A DNA stretch of 64,000 nt, taken from the NCBI GenBank assembly GCA_964016885.1, contig OZ024748.1:29202001-29266000 (forward strand), written 5' to 3'. The stretch is from Eledone cirrhosa. Taxonomy: Eukaryota. Made by a program: the position numbers and the translations under genes. A model generated the notes under the pieces. It searched no databases. It worked only from the letters and a program-made list of their open reading frames with translations, and was not told the DNA's origin. Of the stretch, positions 36,101 to 43,927 are shown piece by piece. Each line of letters starts with the position of its first letter. Positions within the stretch are counted from its first letter, which is position 1.

Positions 36101-38766
36101 TGACAGACAAAATATATCAGCTCATGATAGGCTAGGCCGAATGAGAAATACTCCTGGTAAGTTTTTTATTGTATTCTCACTATCAACATCATTTAATGTC
36201 TGCTTTCCCTGATACATAGAAATGTATGTTTGTATTCCTTCTTCAGAAGATAGAATGAGAAATAAAAGATTGAAATAGAAAGAGAGTGAATGAGAAGAGG
36301 AAGGAATGAAAAAAAAACATTTTTTTTAGAAAAAGTACAGGATCTTTTCGGTTTGGTTGCCAGCATTAAAGTTTATTGAACATTTTTTTAATTTGGCACA
36401 TATTGATGTAATTTTCCAAGCTGAATTGCTGGAGTTGTTTCATTTTTTCCAGAAAAATGTTTTTAAAAGGTTATTTAAGTTTGATATTTTTCACCCAGTC
36501 AGGAAACAGGATTTGGAACCTGTCATCCCCAGTTTACACTTGTTACTATGGAAACAGTCTTCAATATATTGTCAACACGTGCTTCTTTGCAGACAAAACA
36601 GTTCTCATGTTCCGCTTGTTACTATGGAAACAGGCATGAATATATCTGTGGCTTACGATTGGCTAAAATTACCCAAAATGTTCAATCTTTAATTGCTAAT
36701 AACTCTTTATTTATTGATTTATAGCGAAAATGATTTTCATGGCATTCATTAGCCTATAAATGTGTATTGTTACACTGAATATGAAATCAATTCGAACAGA
36801 AATGCCGCTGGCAGTCAAACTGAAAAGATCCAAAGTACATGTGTATTCTGTCACCCAATTTTGGGAATGCTGGTCAGTGGGTATCTTAGGTATTATAGAG
36901 GCTTAGCAAGGGAGATAATTATTGTGTATTTTGAGTATGCATATGTGTGTAGATTTGTCTGTGCAAAGCTGTGAAGGATCGGCATTGTACCGTAACCGAG
37001 TTGGCTGGTGTGAGAGTATATATATATACACATGAATATTTCTCTCTGCATACACGCACAAATACACTTGTCATCTTCATCGTTTAATGTCCACTTTCCA
37101 CACTAGCACAGGTTAGACGGGCTATCCCATTTGAGGCAAGTTGGATCAGCTGACTGTGTTTTGTTCATATGGAACTGTCCCATCCCAGCCTATTGGTTAT
37201 ATGCACCCAGGCCTACTTTGGCATTCCTGTCTCCTTAGACGATGAGGATGTTCCTTGAGGAGCTATCTTGATAATTTTCTCCAGGTCCTCATAGAACTCA
37301 ACAGCATCATCATCATGATAATCAAGTGCTGGTGCTTAGATTTTATGATGGTAATATTCTGTGGTCTTACAGCCACATGCATGAGGATGAGTCTACTGGA
37401 TACTGGTGTACAGCTGATAACTGACCTTACTCTCATCATCATCACCGTTTAACATCTATTTTTCCATGCTTTCATAGATTAGATGGGTCACCCATGTCAC
37501 TAGACAGGTCTGAGCAGTTGGCTGCGCCATACCTTTCTTAGACAGAACTGTAATTTTGCTGGGATTTTTACAGCTTGATGCCCTTCCTAACACCAACCAT
37601 GTTTATAGTGCAGAACTGTATGGCCCGTTATGAGGAGGGTCTGGCCAGTTGGCCATGCTGTACCCTGCTTAAATTGGAACCATAATTTGGTGGTCCCACT
37701 GTTTGGTAAGTTGGGCCAGTTGTTCGCACCAAGCCTTACTCATAAAGGAGCCATGTTACCAGGTGGTCCTGATATGTTTGTTAATGATGAAACCACGATT
37801 TGTGGCCTTCATCTGTAGTTGTCTCACTAAATCCAGTCCACCTGACTTCAGCCAACCCTAAGATATCCCGTGTGTATCTGGCAAGCCATTGGTGTTCTGG
37901 GCCTCAACTGATCTGGCATCTTATTTGACTGTTTGTGTATTATGGTATTTCAGTGGACTTTAGAATGCTTGGCAGTGCTCATTTTCTCTCCAACCTTCAA
38001 GTCCCTCACTAAGTTTAGCCTGCCAGCAGAAGCAGTTTCCAGGGTGTAGCTGGAAAATATTTTCAAAGCCAAAAATGAGAGTAGGGTAAAAGCTAGTGTA
38101 CCCGTCCATTCCTAAGGATGCTGCTACCGGACATCAAGGTACTCTCTCTACACCCAAGTAACTATATAGATTTTCAATAGATATAGTGCTCTCTTACCAC
38201 TTATTGAATATTTTGCTACACACACATCTTCCTTCAGCTGTCTTTTATATACTTCTCTCAATACACCCCTCTCTTAATCCTGTTTCTTCCCTCACCCTTA
38301 TTTCTCTCCCTTTCCCCGCCTCTCTCTACTGTTTTCGATACTCTCCTCTTTACACAATTATAACTACTCTATTCTAAATTGTTCATCGTTTTCATATTTG
38401 TGATTTATTTGAAAATATAATCTTTTTGTGTTCTTGTTAGTTGGTGGACCTGACCAAAGACCTCGATGGGGTTCTGGCAGCATGGGTAGGAAAGTGGACA
38501 GATGGTCTCACATGCATGGAGACATGGACAACAGTGGCATGAACCAATCAAATGACCAATGGCATGGGAACAACATAAACCCAACAGGTCGTGATGCCAG
38601 TGGAGCATTTGTTGCCCATGGTAATAGATCTGGTAATAGAGTAGGGATTGTGCAAAACGTGGGACCTGGTAACATGTATGGCAACCCTCAGTCACAGGGT
38701 GGGCTTACAATGGTTTCACATGGTGGTGGTAATAACGAGTGGACGTATACAGGAACCTCAATTTGA
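2964..38766 (+). CDS. SAFB: SAFB-like scaffold attachment factor B protein, copy 1 (21 coding exons, about 975 aa)
   Basis: Exons 2964-3101, 6281-6341, 6506-6534, 8815-8869, 9542-9573, 10481-10636, 11076-11109, 14793-15360, 16991-17031, 17139-17233, 21272-21421, 22632-22707, 26451-26582, 26745-27013, 27759-27901, 29203-29298, 29647-29742, 30463-30606, 31194-31346, 36023-36156, 38441-38766. All introns GT-AG, phases chain without a stop, total 2928 nt. SAP motif [28 protein letters not shown] and SAFB-type [44 protein letters not shown]. Confidence 0.92.
3258..4870 (-). mobile_element. CRE-like non-LTR retrotransposon (RT remnant plus restriction-like endonuclease) in copy 1 intron 1
   Basis: [37 protein letters not shown] domain; [13 protein letters not shown] remnant near 4820-4860; ends at AATAAA on the minus strand; absent from the same site in copy 2. 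Confidence 0.8.
5435..6080 (+). mobile_element. CR1/L2/Jockey-type LINE RT fragment
   Basis: [16 protein letters not shown] ... [15 protein letters not shown] ... SGVPQGSV, frameshifted. Confidence 0.8.
6281..6341 (+). CDS. SAFB: SAFB-like copy 1 exon 2
   Basis: tttattacag|GCT ... C|gtaagt; ALKNEGG continues the SAP helix; conserved in copy 2. Confidence 0.85.
6506..6534 (+). CDS. SAFB: SAFB-like copy 1 exon 3 (29 nt)
   Basis: ttttcag| ... |gtgagt, phase 1 to 0; conserved in copy 2. Confidence 0.75.
7070..8690 (+). mobile_element. RTE-clade LINE, degenerate, (AAG)n tail, in copy 1 intron 3
   Basis: [32 protein letters not shown]; interrupted at about 8200-8460. Confidence 0.85.
8815..8869 (+). 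CDS. SAFB: SAFB-like copy 1 exon 4
   Basis: tttttag|GCA ... C|gtaagt; [18 protein letters not shown]. Confidence 0.8.
8951..9151. mobile_element. piggyBac-type MITE
   Basis: TTAA on both sides; TIR ctctttagcattt ... aaatgctaaaggg; paralogous copy at 50559-50759. Confidence 0.75.
9175..9470. repeat. Minisatellite, about 53-61 bp unit
   Basis: Repeated agactttgtttagatgtgtgcaacacagtattatgtcatgt; one unit fewer at 50780-51010. Confidence 0.85.
9542..9573 (+). CDS. SAFB: SAFB-like copy 1 exon 5 (32 nt)
   Basis: tttccag| ... AAG|gttggt, phase 1 to 0. Confidence 0.72.
9675..9845. repeat. 35-bp minisatellite, about 5 units
   Basis: aacccaactatgactggctctggttttatgatacc at 35-bp spacing. Confidence 0.85.
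10481..10636 (+). CDS. SAFB: SAFB-like copy 1 exon 6
   Basis: ttttcag|AAA ... CAG|gtaaat; acidic, within ORF 10469..10672. Confidence 0.82.
11076..11109 (+). CDS. SAFB: SAFB-like copy 1 exon 7 (34 nt)
   Basis: ttttag|GAA ... CAG|gtagga; [11 protein letters not shown]. Confidence 0.78.
12773..13168 (+). mobile_element. Two tandem tRNA-derived SINEs with a Nin/Deu-like central domain
   Basis: A box tggcagtatcgg, B box gttcaaatcc, core tttcatcctt..ggggtcgat..aaataaagtaccag, (tta)n tail; paralogous pair at about 54650-55000. Confidence 0.8.
14793..15360 (+). CDS. SAFB: SAFB-like copy 1 exon 8 (S/T/K/E-rich linker)
   Basis: ttctatag| ... AG|gttggt; same frame as ORF 14819..15394. Confidence 0.88.
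16991..17031 (+). CDS. SAFB: SAFB-like copy 1 exon 9
   Basis: gttacag| ... A|gtaagt, phase 2 to 1. Confidence 0.8.
17139..17233 (+). CDS. SAFB: SAFB-like copy 1 exon 10 (RRM N-half, RNP2)
   Basis: [25 protein letters not shown]; AAG|gtatgt. Confidence 0.95.
17283..17963. repeat. 41-bp minisatellite, about 16.6 units
   Basis: aactggtcatgtgtattagtgaagtctgctggcattggtt(g/a) head to tail with no spacers. Confidence 0.98.
18529..19035 (-). mobile_element. 5'-truncated LINE 3' fragment with 9-bp TSD
   Basis: [15 protein letters not shown] ... [10 protein letters not shown]; flanked by atgagtact at 18520-18528 and 19036-19044; empty site at 62359-62367. Confidence 0.85.
19508..20050 (-). mobile_element. 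Probable solo LTR with 4-bp TSD
   Basis: GAGC direct repeat on both sides; minus-strand termini TGTAGC ... GCTATA; internal AATAAA; empty site in copy 2 near 62968. Confidence 0.65.
21272..21421 (+). CDS. SAFB: SAFB-like copy 1 exon 11 (RRM C-half, RNP1)
   Basis: [50 protein letters not shown]; AAG|gtgagt. Confidence 0.95.
21598..22348 (-). mobile_element. RTE LINE 3' fragment (family of 39701-41567)
   Basis: ORF 21825..22241 [16 protein letters not shown]; (cat)n tail at 21598-21618. Confidence 0.9.
22632..22707 (+). CDS. SAFB: SAFB-like copy 1 exon 12
   Basis: tttttcag|ACT ... G|gtaaga; [25 protein letters not shown]. Confidence 0.85.
23582..24235 (+). mobile_element. Vingi/Ingi-like LINE 3' fragment
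   Basis: AEYACPV ... LAGISPPEIR ... [28 protein letters not shown]. Confidence 0.7.
24280..25762 (+). mobile_element. Vingi/Ingi-like LINE 5' fragment (AP endonuclease plus start of RT), degenerate
   Basis: [43 protein letters not shown]. Confidence 0.7.
25765..26340 (-). mobile_element. RTE LINE 5' fragment (endonuclease N-terminus)
   Basis: [33 protein letters not shown]. Confidence 0.7.
26451..26582 (+). CDS. SAFB: SAFB-like copy 1 exon 13 (K/R/D/S-rich)
   Basis: tttccag| ... G|gtcagt; [15 protein letters not shown]. Confidence 0.85.
26745..27013 (+). CDS. SAFB: SAFB-like copy 1 exon 14
   Basis: tttcag| ... AAA|gtaagt; ends DILSFDRIK, resembling the SAFB SFDK.K motif. Confidence 0.88.
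27171..27395. repeat. Degenerate minisatellite, about 35 bp, about 6 units
   Basis: agttagtatcactaactccaccctgaaactacagt repeated. Confidence 0.8.
27759..27901 (+). CDS. SAFB: SAFB-like copy 1 exon 15 (coiled coil)
   Basis: Weak AAG acceptor, so the start is uncertain; [10 protein letters not shown] ... LDKARERL; AG|gtttgt fits the phase. Confidence 0.68.
29203..29298 (+). CDS. SAFB: SAFB-like copy 1 exon 16 (coiled coil, 96 nt)
   Basis: ttctcag| ... AG|gtgagt; [31 protein letters not shown]. Confidence 0.85.
29647..29742 (+). CDS. SAFB: SAFB-like copy 1 exon 17 (duplicate of exon 16, 96 nt)
   Basis: cttcag| ... AT|gtgagt; [31 protein letters not shown]. Confidence 0.75.
30463..30606 (+). 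CDS. SAFB: SAFB-like copy 1 exon 18
   Basis: tttttag| ... CA|gtaagt; MKRPFD resembles SAFB RRPYD. Confidence 0.85.
31194..31346 (+). CDS. SAFB: SAFB-like copy 1 exon 19
   Basis: Long pyrimidine tract plus cag| ... AG|gtaatt; R/D/E-rich. Confidence 0.85.
31447..32065 (-). mobile_element. Non-autonomous mariner element (internally deleted)
   Basis: TA flanks; TIR cga(a/g)gtgtgtcagaaaagttcca; transposase HTH region [29 protein letters not shown], truncated after KVVPKLL. Confidence 0.92.
32085..34398 (+). mobile_element. RTE LINE, degenerate (partial endonuclease, RT, 3' UTR, (ATG)n tail)
   Basis: [40 protein letters not shown]; stops and frameshifts; similar to 115-938. Confidence 0.92.
35079..35868 (-). 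mobile_element. Gypsy-like LTR retrotransposon 3' remnant (pol C-terminus, PPT, 3' LTR 35079-35434)
   Basis: Minus strand reads [15 protein letters not shown] near 35735-35780; purine tract gcagggggtga abuts TGTAGC; AATAAA inside the putative LTR; interrupts an approximately 33-bp minisatellite. Confidence 0.65.
36023..36156 (+). CDS. SAFB: SAFB-like copy 1 exon 20
   Basis: atttag| ... G|gtaagt, phase 2 to 1. Confidence 0.82.
36340..36831. mobile_element. MITE, about 490 bp
   Basis: TIR ggatcttttcggtttggttgccagc / gctggcagtcaaactgaaaagatcc with TA close by on both sides. Confidence 0.7.
38441..38766 (+). CDS. SAFB: SAFB-like copy 1 exon 21 (terminal, G/N-rich)
   Basis: ttgttag|; ends TGA at 38764-38766; frame of ORF 38428..38766. 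Confidence 0.85.
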
Positions 38767-39243
38767 TGCTTATAAAGTTATGGGACGAATGTGAAAACAG
38801 AACTTTGCTACAGGGCAGGCTGTATAATGAGGGGAAGCAGATCGAATCTGAGGCATAGTTTATAAAACTCTACCCTACAGCTATATATCACCTACATCCT
38901 CCATTTATGAGTTAATGCTTGGTTCCAGAATATCCAATCATTTTTCTGACCTTCCATATTTTAACACACACATACATATATAAACAAACACACAACCTTC
39001 TCTCTATCTTCACATTCTCCATTTCCCAATTATACTGTCTTAATATATTTTATGTGTTGCTATAGTTTATTTCTATAACCTCATCCAACACACACACATC
39101 ACACAGTTGAATGTATTAATCAAAGAGAAGGAGGAGGAGAAATCAGATAGATTGTATTTATGAAAGAGGGGGAGACGGGAAAAAGAGCAACTATAGAATG
39201 TAATAATGAATTGGAAGAGACCAGAGAATGTAATATATGGAGA

Positions 39244-39249
39244 AATAAA
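39244..39249 (+). promoter_or_regulatory. Candidate polyadenylation signal of copy 1
   Basis: AATAAA about 480 nt after the stop, followed by a GT/T-rich stretch at about 39278-39340. Confidence 0.55.
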
Positions 39250-39700
39250 ATTTATTCACTGTAAAATACACAAATGATGTTGTTAATGTTGTTTGTTACT
39301 CTTTCTTTTTTACCTTTTACCTTTGTTTTTCTCTTTTCTGTTCTCCATTACTTGGTTGCCAAAGAAATAATAGTTTTAAAATGTTGTCAAATGAAAACTG
39401 AGTTTTGAAAATATTCTATTTCCCTCTGTAGACTCTAATTAAAACTCTAACCAATAATATGTTCCATAAATTATATTACATTTTTATTGAATATCACTGC
39501 AAAAATGAAAATGAATGGAACTTTCCTGTTTGAAACTGTTAAATCTTAGATTTTCTGAGTGTGATATAGACGGACATGGTAGTCATTTAAAACATAATTT
39601 GCCATCTTTGTCTTTCTTATTATCAAATAAGAAACAACAGTTTGACATAAAAGGACCTTCAATGTCCATCATCATCATCATCATCATTTTACGTCCGCTT

Positions 39701-41567
39701 GGAGATAAATGTGTCCAGGATGATGCCGGTGTACTTAGTGGCACGAATAACCAGAAAAAGGAGGCCTGGAAATGTCATTATGAGAGACTGATGAATGTGG
39801 AGAACGAATGGGGGACAGAGAAATTACCTCCAGTAATTCCTCACAGAGGGACCAGCTATTGAGATTGACGAATATAGGGTCCAAGAGGCGATTAGGGAAA
39901 TGAAAAATGGTAAGGCGGCCGGACCATCGGGAATAGTTGCTGAGATGCTGAAGGCATCAGGGGACGTAGGCACTAAACTGGTTGCACGCATCATCAATCA
40001 GGCTATATATGGTGGTGTCATACCCAAAGACTGGTGCAGCAGTATTCTCATAAATTGCTACAAAGGTAAAGGGGATGCTTTGGAGAGGAGCAATTATAGG
40101 GGTATAAAACTGATAGATCAGGTTATGAAAGTGGCAGAAAGGATTTTAGCACAACTAATTAGAGAAAGGGTCAAACTAGATGAGATGCAGTTTGGTTTTG
40201 TGCCTGGGAAGAGTACAACAGATGCCCTCTTCTTGGTGAGACAAATGCAAGAGAGGTTCTTAGAGAAGAATAAGCCACTATACTTAGCCTTTGTTGACCT
40301 AGAGAAGGCCTTTGATAGGGTACCTCGATCTGTCATCTGGTGGTCCCTAAGGAAGCTAGGTGTTGAGGAATGGCTTGTGAGGACAGTGCAAACTTTGTAC
40401 AGAGGTACTCTCAGTAAAGTCAGGGTAGGAATGGAGTTTAGTGAGGAATTCCAGATACAAGTAGGAGTACATCAGGGTTCGGTCCTCAGCCCGCTCTTGT
40501 TCATTATAGTCTTCCAAGCCATAACAGAGGAGTTTAAGACTGGCTGTCCATGGGAACTTCTCTATGCTGACAATCTGGCTCTTATAGCAGAATCAGTAGA
40601 GGAGCTAGAGAATAAATTCCAGCTATGGAAACAGCAATTGGAAGCAAGAGGACTGAGAGTAAATCTAGCTAAGACAAAAGTGTTGATGAGTAGAAAAGAG
40701 GACAAAACCCTGATTCCGTCAGGGAAATGGCCATGTTCGATATGCAGAAAAGGAACTGGCATAAATTCTATAAAATGCACACAATGCAGGTCCTGGGTAC
40801 ACAAGAGATGTAGCGGGATAGCAGGCAAACTAACAGGTAGGGAGAAATATGTATGCAGTAGATGTACAGGGAAATTAGACAGTAGAAGTCGCACTGATAG
40901 ACACATTTTTCAAATGCGAGAGGGTGCTATAGAAGTGGTGGATAGCTTCCGGTACCTAGGAGATCAGATTAGCATGGGAGGAGGGTGTTCCGAGGCCATA
41001 GTATCTAGAATAAGGACGGGTTGGAAGAAGTTTAGGGAGCTGCTTCCTCTGTTGACGAAGAAGGGTTTCTCCTTGCGTACGAAAGGCCGGTTGTATGATG
41101 CCTGTGTGAGGAGCGCGATGCTGCATGGTAGTGAGACATGGGCAGCAACCGCAGAGGATATGCCACGGCTGGAGAGAAATGAGGCAAGCATGCTCCGTTG
41201 GATGTGCAGTGTAAATGTGCGTGAACGACCCAGCATAAATGTGTTGAGAGAGAAACTGTGTCTGAGAGGGATAGAATGTAGTGTACGGGAGAGGAGACTG
41301 AGGTGGTATGGACATGTGATGCGCATGGAGGATGACCGATGGGTGAAGAAGTGCCAGGAAATGCCAGTTGAAGGAAGACGTGGTAGAGGTAGACCACGAA
41401 AAACATGGGCGGAGGTGGTGAGAACAGACCTCAGATCATTGAAGCTCACGGTGGAGCTGACGAGGGACCGTGACGAGTGGAGAGATGCTGTGCTGAATAA
41501 GACCCGTCCCACCCTTGCAAGCAGGGAAAAGCGGACGTAAAATGATGATGATGATGATGATGATGAT
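39701..41567 (+). mobile_element. Young 5'-truncated RTE LINE (RT, PHD-like Cys/His region, (ATG)n tail)
   Basis: 546-aa open ORF 39900..41540 with RT motifs; YADN at the YADD position; no endonuclease; stop directly followed by (atg)n. Confidence 0.95.
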
Positions 41568-42380
41568 TTTCCATGCTTGCAAGGGTGAGACGGGTCTTAA
41601 TCAGCACAGCATCTCTCCACTCGTCACGGTCCTTCGTCATCTCCACCGTGAGCTTCAATGATCTGAGGTCTGTTCTCACCACCTCCGCCCATGTTTTTCG
41701 TGGTCTACCTCTACCACGTCTTCCTTCAACTGGCATTTCCTGGCACTTCTTCACCCATCGGTCATCCTCCATGCGCAACACATGTCCATACCACCTCAGT
41801 CTCCTCTCCCGTACACTACATTCTATCCCTCTCAGACACAGTTTCTCTCTCAACACATTTATGCTGAGTCGTTCACGCACATTTACACTGCACATCCAAC
41901 GGAGCATGCTTGCCTCATTTCTCTCCAGCCGTCGCATATCCTCTGCAGTTGCTGCCCATGTCTCACTACCATGCAGCATCGCGCTCCTCACACAGGCATC
42001 ATACAACCGGCCTTTCGTACGCAGGGAGAAACCCTTCTTTGTCAACAGAGGAAGCAGCTCCCTAAACTTCTTCCAACCCGTCCTTATTCTAGATACTATG
42101 GCCTCGGAACACCCTCCTCCCATGCTAATCTGATCTCCTAGGTACCGGAAGCTATCCACTTCTATAGCGCCCTCCTGCATTTGAAAAATGTGTCTATCAA
42201 TGCGACTTCTACTGTCTAATTTCCCTGTACATCTACTGCATACATATTTCTCCCTACCTGTTAGTTTGCCTGCTATCCCGCTACATCTCTTGTGTACCCA
42301 GGATCTGCATTGTGTGCATTTTATAGAATTTATGCCAGTTCCTTTTCTGCATATCGAACATGGCCATTTCCCTGACGGAA
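41567..42380 (-). mobile_element. RTE LINE 3' fragment, inverted relative to 39701-41567 (its tail lies at 39667-39700)
   Basis: Near-identical reverse complement of 40714-41530. Confidence 0.95.
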
Positions 42381-43194
42381 AATTAATCATATTAATTGAA
42401 TTTATCTAATAAAAACTCTCACTGAAAGTAGTGGTTGTTTAGCAAGCTTTTTATTTGTATGTGCCTCTCATTAATAGGTAAGTTAGGTAAGATCCCAAAT
42501 TAAGGAGTTGAGCATTCCAAATTAGCAATTTAGAGCTCAACACTGGTCATTAGTGAGCTGTGAAAACACCCATTCTAGAAAATGGTGTTTAGGGAGCAAT
42601 GTAAACATGCTCTCTAGACAATGGTGTATGAAGGTGATTGTCCCTGTGGTTATGATGCTGGACGCAGAAATATAAATTTGTTTGTTTGATTCCTTGACCA
42701 GATGTAGCACTGTGTTTTTGAGCACGACACTTCATTTCATGTTGCTTTTTGAGATAGAACTGAGATCCCTATCTTTAAATCACCCAAGAATCTACGTTAG
42801 TCAACTTTGTAGGCTATTTTTGCCAAAGAAATAAAAATGAACGGTACTGGTTGAGAATAAGGGTGTAATGGGTTGTTTTCAGGAGAAATATATTAGAAAG
42901 AAATTCAATCATGTTAAGATGGTTATGTATGAAAGCATGCATACCAGGGTTTTACATTAGAAACAAAATAAATTACAATGGATGGTATAATTTAAATAAT
43001 AAACTAGAAGAGAGAAAACAATGTCTGTCAAATGAATAAAAAAGCATTTTGGGGAGTGAAGACTCTGGAGAGAGTCTCGCATTGACCAAGCTTTCAAGTT
43101 TATCAGACCGTTGGAGAGATGAGAATCTATAGGAGGGACTGATTCTGACTATATCAACTACGAAGGAATTGATAAGTAATCCCTTTGTATAAAC

Positions 43195-43385
43195 TTTTCT
43201 ACTTTTTGGCAAAAGGCCAGCAATTACCCAAGTGCATTACTGGTGTTTTATTTTATCGACCCCATATGGATGAAAGGCAAAGTTAACCTCGACGGGATTT
43301 GAACTCAGACCGTAAAGGGCCGTAACTCTGTGCTGCAAAGCATGGCGTCCGACCCTCTACCAATACTGCCAATTCACTGCCCTTA
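43195..43385 (-). mobile_element. tRNA-derived SINE
   Basis: Reverse complement of the 12990-type SINE; another copy at about 44290-44475. Confidence 0.78.
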
Positions 43386-43473
43386 GCATAACGAATTCTT
43401 GATGGGGTTCGATTGCTTCAAGGTTTGCCATCTCGGATGGAAAGGTGGGCTGGGATGCTAAGATCAGTAACAG

Positions 43474-43665
43474 CCCTTTACCTATGATAAGGTAGAGCCT
43501 GCTTTCTTTATTGTTGCCACTAGATGGCACAAGTATGAACTTACAACGACACTCCCCTCACCCATTGGTATGGTACTCCAAGGGTAAGGTCGTTGCAAGT
43601 TCATACTTGCGCCATCTAGTGGCAACAATGAAGAAAGCAATCTCTACCTTATCATAGGTAAAGGG
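43474..43665. repeat. Inverted repeat (77-bp arms, 38-bp spacer) with two CTCF-like motifs upstream of copy 2
   Basis: 43474-43550 is the reverse complement of 43589-43665 with about 5 mismatches; motifs at 43516-43530 (+) and 43609-43623 (-). Confidence 0.85.
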
Positions 43666-43792
43666 GAGTTAACTCTTATTTGTACGAAGAAGTGTATTAA
43701 ACACATTTTAGAGCTTTTTTCTCAAAAGTGATATTATCCACCCTAGTGAGCACTTAAATCTTTTAAAATTCATACACATATATCTTAACTAT

Positions 43793-43927
43793 ATGATGGC
43801 CAATGCTAGTGGTGAGATCTCCAACAAGTTAATAGATTTAAGAGTTGTGGATCCCCGTAGCGATCTGGAAAAACGAGGACTAGACAAGACTGGAGTGAAG
43901 GTTGTATTGTTGGAACGATTAGGAAAG
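43793..43927 (+). CDS. SAFB: SAFB-like copy 2 exon 1 (SAP domain, diverged)
   Basis: [31 protein letters not shown]; AAG|gtagga. Confidence 0.9.

Noticed and set aside
39900-41540. Active autonomous retrotransposon or a retron-like RT system
   Set aside because: 5'-truncated with no endonuclease and YADN at the catalytic motif; an ordinary RTE-clade LINE copy.
40964-42141. Long antisense ORFs over RTE copies (also 32867-33532, 33504-34115, 21513-22191)
   Set aside because: Shadow frames of RTE coding sequence with no independent domain evidence.
41446-42390. 314-aa minus-strand ORF with a poly-His tract as a novel protein
   Set aside because: It is the inverted RTE fragment reading through the neighbour's (ATG)n tail, which gives (CAT)n = His.
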